DNA of 64,000 bases. It comes from Geobacter sp. Its GTDB lineage: Bacteria; Desulfobacterota; Desulfuromonadia; Geobacterales; Geobacteraceae. The stretch covers positions 1-64,000 of the forward strand of contig JACOUQ010000017.1 in NCBI GenBank assembly GCA_016177775.1, read 5' to 3'. The position numbers were made by a program, and so were the translations under genes. Positions 8,779-15,793 of the stretch are shown piece after piece. The notes under the pieces are model-generated. The model was not told the origin of the DNA and did no database searches. It saw only the letters and a list, made by a program, of their open reading frames with translations. Position 1 is the first letter of the stretch, and the number at the start of each line of letters is the position of its first letter.

Positions 8779-9225
8779 ATGGTATATCGTGAAATCTGGC
8801 ATGAAATGATCATCAAAGCTTCCCCAAGCGAGCTTTACCAAGCGTTGACCGATGTGAAAAAGCTAGCGCATTGGTGGACCACCGAGACGCAGGGGGAATC
8901 TGTCGTAGGGAAGAAATTGGAATTCTGGTTTTATGGGAAATTTTTAAAGGAGATGGTTGTAACCACTCTGAATGTTGATGAACTCGTGCGGTGGCGCGCA
9001 ACTGAGCGGAGCGATCCTGATTGGGTCAACACCGAAATTGAATGGAAAATCTTCCGCGAAGGCGACAAAACGTTTCTTCACCTTCGCCACTCAAAATGGC
9101 GCGAGGATGCCAAAATGTTCCCTCGGACCTCGATGCACTGGGTGCTTTTTCTACTTAGCCTCAAGGAATTTGTGGAGACGGGCAAAGGCCGTCCGCATCC
9201 TTACGACATGCCGGTGGGCCTATGA
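8779..9225 (+). CDS. SRPBCC-superfamily protein (AHSA1/Aha1-like, polyketide-cyclase-like fold)
   Basis: RBS AAAGGGGG 8 nt upstream of the ATG at 8779. The listed 8770 start is a GTG inside the RBS. Motifs ...KASPSELYQALTD...LAHWWT... are AHSA1-like. Confidence 0.55.
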   Translation: MVYREIWHEMIIKASPSELYQALTDVKKLAHWWTTETQGESVVGKKLEFWFYGKFLKEMVVTTLNVDELVRWRATERSDPDWVNTEIEWKIFREGDKTFLHLRHSKWREDAKMFPRTSMHWVLFLLSLKEFVETGKGRPHPYDMPVGL

Positions 9226-9255
9226 AGTCCTTCTGAAGGCCTGAGGAGCCACAGT

Positions 9256-9690
9256 ATGACCTGGTTTTTCATCCTCTTTGCCATCTTCGGCCTTATTGGC
9301 GTCATCGCCGGTGCAGGGCTTTTCATGACCGGACTGCGGAGCCGGCGCTGGCCATTCTCTTTGGGGAAGGTCATTCTGTCCCAGGCGGTGTTCAAGACGC
9401 GCAAAAGTGGCGATACGAGTTGCTACGTGCCTGAGGTAAACTACACCTTTACGGTAGAGGGGCGGGAATACACCGGTGACACAATTTCCGTCAGGGGGGT
9501 GGGGAGCCGGCTAAAGGACGTACAGCAGATCATAGCCAAGTACCCAGTGGAATCGCAGGTGATTGTTTTCTACAACCCGAAAGACCCCACCGATTCTCTG
9601 CTCGAACCGGGGGCCGATGCTTCGTCGGCGCTGCCGTTCATCGTCGGGGTGGTCTTCCTGAGTTTCGCGCTCTTCCAACTCTTCAAATGA
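9256..9690 (+). CDS. DUF3592-family membrane protein
   Basis: N-terminal TM helix, central soluble domain (CYVPEVNYTFTVEGREYTGDTISV...VIVFYNPKDP), C-terminal TM helix. This is the DUF3592 architecture. Confidence 0.5.
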   Translation: MTWFFILFAIFGLIGVIAGAGLFMTGLRSRRWPFSLGKVILSQAVFKTRKSGDTSCYVPEVNYTFTVEGREYTGDTISVRGVGSRLKDVQQIIAKYPVESQVIVFYNPKDPTDSLLEPGADASSALPFIVGVVFLSFALFQLFK

Positions 9691-9793
9691 ACGGGAAGGC
9701 CGGAGGGGGCTGGCAAGTAATGAAACTTATTGAGAAGAAAAAGTGTCTATGAAATCAGCCTTGCAGGATAGCGATGACCTGACATCCTTCCCA

Positions 9794-10024
9794 TCAGGAG
9801 CCGACTACCAGGGGCAAATCGAATGAATCGGCCAGTTCCGGCTCGGAAGCAGATGGTTTACGCTCCTGCTGGGCTTCAAGCAGCCGACGGGCTACATCAC
9901 GGGCGATTTCCATGGTTTCGGCAAGGGTTCGCCCTTGGGCCACCAACCCCTGCACTTCGTCTGATGTTGCCAGAAAAAAACCTTCAGGCAATTTTTCAAC
10001 ATGAATATTGATTATCCGTTCCAT
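9794..10024 (-). CDS. HicB-family antitoxin-like protein (UPF0150/DUF1902-like); no adjacent HicA
   Basis: AAGGAG-N7-ATG start at 10024 (MERIINIHVEK...). YLATSPD-like core (GFFLATSDEVQGLVAQGRTLAETMEIARDVARRLLEA). No HicA-like ORF in any frame within about 250 bp. Confidence 0.6.
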   Translation of the reverse strand: MERIINIHVEKLPEGFFLATSDEVQGLVAQGRTLAETMEIARDVARRLLEAQQERKPSASEPELADSFDLPLVVGS

Positions 10025-10169
10025 GGTGTTTCTCCTTGCCGGAAGTATACTTATACGGATTTCAAAATGCAAGCTCCCTTCAGTTCCTCGCTATCCCTGG
10101 CGTATGCATCCGGCCGGAGAGACCAACCGGACAGGAAGGGGCGACTGGCGTCAACCTGCGGGACATGCT

Positions 10170-10229
10170 TGCGATTTATTATTGATGAGGGTATATTGTG
10201 CGCATGGCAAATGCGCATAGGAGTTCCAC
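10170..10229 (+). promoter_or_regulatory. ccdAB promoter/operator with inverted repeat TGCGCAT-N5-ATGCGCA
   Basis: IR at 10199-10217 overlaps a TATATT -10-like hexamer (10192-10197) directly upstream of ccdA. Consistent with CcdA/CcdB autoregulation. Confidence 0.4.
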
Positions 10230-10478
10230 ATGCAAATCAAAGTTTTCGATCCAAATGCCCCCAAGAAATCCACCAACCTCAGCATAAACAGCGACCTGCT
10301 CCGCCAGGCCAGGGAGCTCCACATCAATATTTCACAGACGCTGGAATTGCGGCTTGCCGAGCTTCTGCGGGAGGAAAAGAGCCGCAGCTGGAAGGAAGAG
10401 AACCGGCAGGCCATAGAGGATTATAACCGGCGCATCGAAGCCCACGGCACTTTCAGTGACGGCTTGAGGCGTTTCTGA
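10230..10478 (+). CDS. ccdA: type II TA antitoxin CcdA family
   Basis: LSINSDLLRQARELHINISQTLE...SWKEENRQAIEDYNRRIEAHGTFSDGLRRF matches the CcdA consensus (SAWLEENREAIEAYNxxVEEHGLFSDxxRxF). Overlaps ccdB by ATGA. Confidence 0.8.
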   Translation: MQIKVFDPNAPKKSTNLSINSDLLRQARELHINISQTLELRLAELLREEKSRSWKEENRQAIEDYNRRIEAHGTFSDGLRRF

Positions 10479-10792
10479 TGGCGCAGTTCGATGTCTACGA
10501 AAATCGAAACCCCGCAACAAAAAAGTCGATACCCTATCTGCTCGACGTACAGGCGGATCTGCTCGACAACCTGGCCACCCGCGCGGTTGTCCCGCTGTTT
10601 ACCGTTGCAGCCATGGGCAAGGCCGCCGGGCATCTCAACCCGCAATTCAAGATAAAACGGACCACCGTGATCATGTCAACCGCAGAACTGGCGGGCGTCA
10701 ATCTGAACGTTCTGGGAGAGAAGGTCTGCTCCCTCACGAACGATCGCAACGAGATCATCGCCGCCCTTGATTTTCTTTTCACCGGTTTTTAA
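10478..10792 (+). CDS. ccdB: type II TA toxin CcdB family (gyrase poison-like)
   Basis: MAQFDVYENRNPATKKSIPYLLDVQADLLDNLATRAVVPL... matches the CcdB N-terminal consensus (MQFDVYxN...PYLLDVQSDLL). Confidence 0.8.
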   Translation: MAQFDVYENRNPATKKSIPYLLDVQADLLDNLATRAVVPLFTVAAMGKAAGHLNPQFKIKRTTVIMSTAELAGVNLNVLGEKVCSLTNDRNEIIAALDFLFTGF

Positions 10793-10825
10793 GAGATCCG
10801 AATTCCGTACACGAGGAACTGCGCA

Positions 10826-11275
10826 ATGAATTACCTGGTTGAAACTGCGGGCCGCATCATCGTGGCCCGCTTCGATCACGGCGAGGACATCCTTGCCGGC
10901 CTTGAGGAACTGGCCCGGCGCGAGGACCTGCGGGCGGCCTCGTTTCACCTGGTGGGCGCACTCGGCGGGGGGCGCTACGTGGTGGGGCCGGAAAAGGACG
11001 TGCTGCCGCCGACCCCGGTCTGGCGCGAACTTGGGGAAAGCCACGAGGCAGTGGGGTTCGGCACCATCTTCTGGGAAGGGGACCGTCCCAAGGTCCACTT
11101 CCATGGCGCATATGGCAAGGGAGATTCCGTGCGGGTCGGCTGCCTGCGGGAGGCTGCGCGGGTGTTTCTGGTGCTGGAGGCGGTGATAACGGAGATCGTG
11201 GGAGTCACCGCCTGCCGGGCTCTTGATCCAGCCTCGGGGATGGTGTTGCTGACGTTGGACGAGGTGGAGCGATGA
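10826..11275 (+). CDS. PPC/DUF296-domain protein (PD1-like predicted DNA-binding fold)
   Basis: Typical DUF296 pattern (IVARFDHGEDILAGLEELARREDLRAASFHLVGALGGGRYVV...VHFHGAYG...). Translationally coupled to yciH. Confidence 0.55.
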   Translation: MNYLVETAGRIIVARFDHGEDILAGLEELARREDLRAASFHLVGALGGGRYVVGPEKDVLPPTPVWRELGESHEAVGFGTIFWEGDRPKVHFHGAYGKGDSVRVGCLREAARVFLVLEAVITEIVGVTACRALDPASGMVLLTLDEVER

Positions 11276-11640
11276 AAAAGCGCGCTGGCTCTTCCGATAC
11301 GTCGCTGGTCTGGTCGTCGGAGCAAGGCCGGATCTGCCCTGGCTGCGGCAAGCCGGTTGCGGGGTGCGTGTGCCGATCTGCCAAGGCCCGCTCTGCCGGG
11401 GACGGGATCGTGCGGGTACGCCGGGAAACCAAGGGACGTGGGGGCAAGACCGTGACGGTGGTGACTGGGGTCTCGCGGGACGAGGCCGGCATCAAGGCCC
11501 TGGCCGGCGAACTCAAGCGTCGCTGCGGCACCGGCGGGACGGTGAAGGATGGCGACATCGAGATCCAGGGTGACCACGCGGACCTGCTGGTGGCGGAACT
11601 TGCCGGCCTGGGGTTCACCGTGAAACGGGCCGGGGGGTAA
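11272..11640 (+). CDS. yciH: SUI1/eIF1-family translation initiation factor (stress-response protein YciH)
   Basis: ...GGKTVTVVTGVSRDEAGIKALAGELKRRCGTGGTVKDGDIEIQGDHADLLVAELAGLGFTVK is the canonical SUI1 domain. Confidence 0.75.
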   Translation: MKKRAGSSDTSLVWSSEQGRICPGCGKPVAGCVCRSAKARSAGDGIVRVRRETKGRGGKTVTVVTGVSRDEAGIKALAGELKRRCGTGGTVKDGDIEIQGDHADLLVAELAGLGFTVKRAGG

Positions 11641-11644
11641 GAAC

Positions 11645-12310
11645 TTATCCCCCCAGTACTTCCCGGCGGAACCCTTCTATCCCCATATCCTCAACGATCT
11701 TCCCGATCCTCATCTCGCAGCCGGAATTCCGGTAATAGGCGACGACCTTCGCAACAATTTCCAGGACTTCCTCCTCGCTTTCCACATTGTCCACCAGCAG
11801 ATCCGCCAAGCGCGGCCGCGCGCCGGCATTGCCGCCGACGAATATCCGCCACCCCTTCGGCGTCCCCATGATGCCGATATCCTTCACTGCCACCTCCGCG
11901 CAGGAGAGCATGCAGCCGGAAACCCCCATCTTCATCTTGTTGGGGAGCTGCATGGCGTGATAAAGCGCGTCCAGTTTAAGGCCGAGGGATACGGAGTCCT
12001 GCACCCCCCTCTTGCACCAGGTGGTGCCGGGGCAGATCTTGACGCTTCGTACGCAGAGGCCGATGGCCGCCCCCGGTTTCTGGTCCAGATCGCCCCAGAT
12101 GGAGTCCAGGTCCTCTTCCTTGATCCCTATCAGAGCGATGCGCTGGGCCGAGGTGAGCTTCAGCGCTGTTACACCAAATTTGTCGGCCGTGTCGCAGATC
12201 TTGCGCAGGGTGGCGGTGTCGGTGATGCCGCCGGGGATGTGGGGGGCTATGGCGTAGGTCTCCCTGTCGCGCTGGAGGATCGCCCCTTTCCCCGGAATGT
12301 CTTTTTTCAT
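11645..12310 (-). CDS. small nitrite/sulfite-reductase-family protein (4Fe-4S/siroheme ferredoxin-like half domain)
   Basis: Start chosen at MKKDIPGKG (12310) with AAGGAG RBS. The longer listed N-terminus runs into the repeat array. Cys cluster CVRSVKIC...C(x3)C (GVSGCMLSCAEVAV) is typical of the NiR/SiR Fe-S/siroheme site. Confidence 0.6.
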   Translation of the reverse strand: MKKDIPGKGAILQRDRETYAIAPHIPGGITDTATLRKICDTADKFGVTALKLTSAQRIALIGIKEEDLDSIWGDLDQKPGAAIGLCVRSVKICPGTTWCKRGVQDSVSLGLKLDALYHAMQLPNKMKMGVSGCMLSCAEVAVKDIGIMGTPKGWRIFVGGNAGARPRLADLLVDNVESEEEVLEIVAKVVAYYRNSGCEMRIGKIVEDMGIEGFRREVLGG

Positions 12311-12327
12311 TGTTTCTCCTTGGTTCC

Positions 12328-12397
12328 GAGACGCATGTGAGACGCATGCCGAGACGCATTGCATGCGTCTCAATTCATGCGTCTCGGCATGCGTCTC
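12328..12397. promoter_or_regulatory. operator-like array: three direct copies of GAGACGCATG followed by three inverted copies (CATGCGTCTC) in the 5' region of the sulfite-reductase-like gene
   Basis: GAGACGCATGtGAGACGCATGccGAGACGCATtGCATGCGTCTCaattCATGCGTCTCggCATGCGTCTC. Perfectly symmetric overall. Lies between a small upstream ORF and the RBS at about 12315. Confidence 0.55.
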
Positions 12398-12609
12398 TAT
12401 TGTCTCTGCCCACGCTTCTTTGTGTCCTTCGTGGTAGATGATTTTATCCTTCCGCCTTCGCTGCATCGTCTGCGACAAAGGCCGCACAGGCGAAGCAGAA
12501 AAGCGCGGACAGAACGATAGCTACCGGGGCGATCATCATGGCATGCCTCAGCCCCCACAGGTTGGATAGCCAGCCGAGGATGGTCGGGGAGTCTTGTGGG
12601 GTCGGGTTA

Positions 12610-12638
12610 GACTTTCGGACATTCGGCTGACCTCAGCG
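12610..12638. repeat. 29-nt direct repeat, copy 2 (identical to 7936-7964)
   Basis: Exact 29/29 match, same orientation, 4,674 bp from copy 1. Lies about 70 nt upstream (minus strand) of a 31-codon hydrophobic ORF (12444-12539). Confidence 0.6.
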
Positions 12639-12688
12639 ACCACCGGGCTCACCGCCATAGGAATTCGGGGGACATACTTAATTCAAAA

Positions 12689-12719
12689 GGCGGCCAGATC
12701 GGCCGCCTTTGCTGTTTTT
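12689..12719 (+). terminator. rho-independent terminator-like hairpin plus T-tract on the plus strand, with no annotated plus-strand gene upstream
   Basis: GGCGGCCagatcGGCCGCC followed by TTTGCTGTTTTT. Could end a plus-strand antisense/small RNA overlapping direct-repeat copy 2 and the 5' region of the small minus-strand ORF. Confidence 0.45.
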
Positions 12720-12781
12720 ACCCTGAATGGTTTGATGTGTGCTCTCCCACTCACCCTTGCTATTTCAGATTCACAGGCGCT

Positions 12782-13324
12782 TCACAGCTCGCCCATCTTT
12801 ACCTGAATTGCGGCCTCCATGGTTTCTTCGACATTTGTCAGATAGAATGTGCCTTCGGTTATGGTGATCGACCAGTTGATGGAGCGCCCCAGCTGCGCTG
12901 CCAGCTTGATGATGAACGCCTGATCGATGCTGATGACGGTGAGGTTGGCCAACTTCTCCAGCTTGGGCAGGTGTTGCTGCTCCCAATTGGCGAGAGCTCT
13001 GCCGCACGCCAGCAGGCCTACCCGTTCCGAATGGCGGCTCGCCTTGATGATGCGGTCCGCTTCCGGCAGGCCGACCTCGACCCAGAACCGCACCCTCCCG
13101 TCAGCCCCCTTCACCCAGAGGTCCGGTTCGTCCGTGGCGCTGATTCCCTTGGTGAATGCAAGCTCCGGTTCGTGAAAGATCGCGTACGACAGCAACCGGG
13201 CCACAAGACGCTCTGCCGTTTCCGAAGGATGCTGGGCAACCGTTGCCTGCAAGGTTTCATATATGCCGCGGTCGACATCGGAGAGCTGGATTGATGCTTT
13301 GTAAACTGTGGATGGTAACGCCAT
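12782..13324 (-). CDS. yaeQ: YaeQ-family protein
   Basis: MALPSTVYKASIQLSDVDRGIYETLQATVAQHPSETAERLVARLLSYAI... matches the YaeQ consensus (MALKATIYKAELQISDMDRHYY...ARHPSETDERMMVRLLAFAL). ATG at 13324 preferred over the upstream TTG. Confidence 0.75.
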   Translation of the reverse strand: MALPSTVYKASIQLSDVDRGIYETLQATVAQHPSETAERLVARLLSYAIFHEPELAFTKGISATDEPDLWVKGADGRVRFWVEVGLPEADRIIKASRHSERVGLLACGRALANWEQQHLPKLEKLANLTVISIDQAFIIKLAAQLGRSINWSITITEGTFYLTNVEETMEAAIQVKMGEL

Positions 13325-13524
13325 GTCAGGTAAATTCCTTGCCAGAAAATCCGGGGATATCAATGCTTAATTCCAAAACAAAAAGCCACTCGGCGGTTCG
13401 CACCGTCCGTGGCGGCTTTATGAAAGAGCGGCTTTTCATTGCGCTGTCCTGAAAGGTGGTTCACGAAAAATACCCTTCAGCCGCGCCTGTTGTCAATAAC
13501 AAGTTTCTGATAAAACGGGAAGGG

Positions 13525-14433
13525 TCAAAACCACTCCTGCTCCCCGCGTTTCTTCAACATCCCCCAGAGATTCCCGAGCGGCAGATCGAACAGGCTGACC
13601 GCTCCGCGCCCGCAGAGAGGAATGGCCCGCGCGGCAGCTGCCATGACCGCGCCCGCCAGCGCTTGTTCGGAATAGCGCGCTTCCAGGAGAAGCGCCTGGT
13701 GCCCCGCTCCCGCTGCTTTCCCGCGCCGCTCAAGGAGGACGCCGCGCCCTTCCTCCTCTAGTGTCTTGATGCTCTCCACGGGGAAAACCAGTGTCTCTTC
13801 TCCCAGAAACAAGTGGTCGCTGCGAATGGCTGACTCGACATTGGCCGGGTCTGTACCCTTTTCCAGCTCAACATACACGTAGCGTTGCAGTTTTCCGTCG
13901 CCGGTGCGAAGCTCAGTGGAAAGTGCTTCCTTGACCCCTCGAACGGACTTTGCCGCCGTGGTGTGGTGCATGGAGGCCGCGGTGTGCCACGATGTTTCGG
14001 TCTGGCCGCCCGGGATGAGCAGATCGAAGATGGCGCGGAAGAGGGAGAGGGCTCCGGGGTCCCACCCGGCCCCCACGATGGCCGGCACGTTGTGATGGGT
14101 GGCGAGGCGATTCAACTCTTCCTTGTGCTCCTGGAGGGCCTTACCGTGGAGAGTGGCGCACTCGACGATGGAGATGCGGTGTTGGAGGAGGTCGCGGGCT
14201 ACGACGAGCGCTTCGGTGGTTGGGACACAGACGAGGGCAACCCCCACTTCGCCCAACTCGCTTGTATGGGGTACTATTGGAACCTGCTCCATGTTGGAAG
14301 GAAGCTTTTCCCCGAGACTTTCGGGCCTGCGAACGATGCCTGCCAGGAAAAGCTGCTCGTCGTCCCTCACCGCTTCCGCGCAGGCCTTCCCCAACTTTCC
14401 GAAACCGACTATGGCTACCCGCAACCGCTTCAT
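13525..14433 (-). CDS. ddh: meso-diaminopimelate D-dehydrogenase-like NAD(P)-dependent oxidoreductase
   Basis: N-terminal Rossmann motif RVAIVGFGKLGKA. Conserved GWDPG segment and overall collinearity with the DapDH family. Moderate confidence without a search. Confidence 0.5.
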   Translation of the reverse strand: MKRLRVAIVGFGKLGKACAEAVRDDEQLFLAGIVRRPESLGEKLPSNMEQVPIVPHTSELGEVGVALVCVPTTEALVVARDLLQHRISIVECATLHGKALQEHKEELNRLATHHNVPAIVGAGWDPGALSLFRAIFDLLIPGGQTETSWHTAASMHHTTAAKSVRGVKEALSTELRTGDGKLQRYVYVELEKGTDPANVESAIRSDHLFLGEETLVFPVESIKTLEEEGRGVLLERRGKAAGAGHQALLLEARYSEQALAGAVMAAAARAIPLCGRGAVSLFDLPLGNLWGMLKKRGEQEWF

Positions 14434-14488
14434 GATCGCCCCTCCCGCTTATCTGTAATGATAGCGAAAGGGAAGCGATCCACAAGCA

Positions 14489-15481
14489 TCATTCATATCG
14501 CCGCGCCATCTCCCCCGCAACCCTCCCTGCCTCCTCCCGCAACTCCTGCGGCCCCAGCACCTCCGCATGGGCGCCGTAGGAGAGAATCCAGGAGAGTATC
14601 TCCATCCGTCCACCAGCCGTGAACGAGAGCACTATGCTGCCGTCCGCATCATCGCTGATGCTCTGGGTCGGGTGCCAGAGCCGTTCCCGTATGGTCTGGG
14701 CCACGGCAGGGGAGAACCTGACCCGCACCTCCATCGGCTCTTCCTCCACAATGCCGAAGGCTGTGCGGAACTGCTCCTCAGGACGGAAACCCTCGGGAAG
14801 CTCAAAGCGCTCCCTGCTTGTTTCCACACCCACTATCCTCTCCGCCGCAAAGGTCCGGACCGCCTTGCGTTTGTGGGCATAGCCGAGAAGATAGAGCCCC
14901 CCCTTGTAGAAGACCAGGGTATAGGGATCCACAAGATACGACTCGCCCCGGACCTTCCCCTTTGCCTTGTACTTCAGTGTTATCCGGTACTGGTAGAGGA
15001 GCGCCTCCCGCAGTTTTTTCAGCGGATCGACTAGCCTTGAGTAGTCCCGCACCCCTTGCAGCACCGGAAGCGAGACCCTGGCGATCCGCTCCAGGTGCGC
15101 GGCATAGCGAGGGGGGAGGGCCGAGTTTATCTTCCGGAAGATCGCCTCCATGTCCTCCTGGAAAGGGGTCCCCTTCAGGAAATCGAGCTGGGAGCGGAAG
15201 AAATAAAGGGAAAGGAGTTCCTGCAGGGTGAAATTGACGGGCGGGACGTCCTTGAAGCGGGTGAGGAAGCGGTAGACCTTGCGGCCATTCAGCCACTCGG
15301 AGACCAGGGGATAGCCCGCCTCCTGGATGGCGGCGATGTCACGGTGGATGGTGCGGCGCGTTACCCCGGCCTCCTCGGCCAGCTCCTCAAGGGTTATGCC
15401 GTGCCGCGCCTCGATCAGGCGGATGATGTCGTGCACCCGCCCTGCCTGGGAGTATTTCTTTGCCGGTTTGCCCTTTCGCAT
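14489..15481 (-). CDS. WYL-domain transcriptional regulator (wHTH-WYL-WCX; YafY/PafBC/DriD/BrxR-like)
   Basis: GGAGGT RBS before the ATG at 15481 (MRKGKPAKKYSQAGRVHDIIRLIEARHGITLEELAEEAGVTRRTIHRDIA = HTH). Central WYL-type block (ESYLVDPYTLVFYKGGLYLLGY). The longer listed N-terminus is unsupported. Confidence 0.7.
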   Translation of the reverse strand: MRKGKPAKKYSQAGRVHDIIRLIEARHGITLEELAEEAGVTRRTIHRDIAAIQEAGYPLVSEWLNGRKVYRFLTRFKDVPPVNFTLQELLSLYFFRSQLDFLKGTPFQEDMEAIFRKINSALPPRYAAHLERIARVSLPVLQGVRDYSRLVDPLKKLREALLYQYRITLKYKAKGKVRGESYLVDPYTLVFYKGGLYLLGYAHKRKAVRTFAAERIVGVETSRERFELPEGFRPEEQFRTAFGIVEEEPMEVRVRFSPAVAQTIRERLWHPTQSISDDADGSIVLSFTAGGRMEILSWILSYGAHAEVLGPQELREEAGRVAGEMARRYE

Positions 15482-15793
15482 TGGCCAACCTCCGGGGGAA
15501 TTTCCGCCATAGTAGCGCAAACAGGCCGCAATTTGAACATTAAACCCGTTGACACGCCCAGCCTTGCCGGTGTATTCAGATATCGTGCTTGCGCATAAGG
15601 AGCTGATCAGGGATAAGTTGGACAAAATTGCGCTCGGATTTTGGTCAGATTTGGCTTGAGCCGATTGAGTAAAACCGCAGGCGTAGTAGTACTACGTCGA
15701 GGATTTTGCGATTGAGTCGAAACCAAAGATGGCCTGAAGACGAGATGCAAAATGTTTAACTTATTCCTGAACAGCTCCTAAGGAGTTTCAGCA

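Noticed and set aside
10008-10426. ORFs 10001-10426 + and 10008-10220 + considered as a HicA partner for HicB.
   Set aside because: Sequences have no HicA motifs (no HxxFxHP/dsRBD-like core), overlap the HicB start and the ccdA promoter, and show low-complexity composition.
7936-12638. Integron cassette array or prophage bounded by the 29-nt direct repeats.
   Set aside because: No integrase, no attC-like imperfect inverted repeats between cassettes, and genes are in mixed orientation. The direct-repeat pair is kept as a finding without calling a specific element type.
12594-12806. 70-aa plus-strand ORF spanning direct-repeat copy 2 and the terminator.
   Set aside because: It crosses a rho-independent terminator and the start region of yaeQ on the opposite strand, with no RBS. 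The segment is more likely non-coding (possible antisense RNA).
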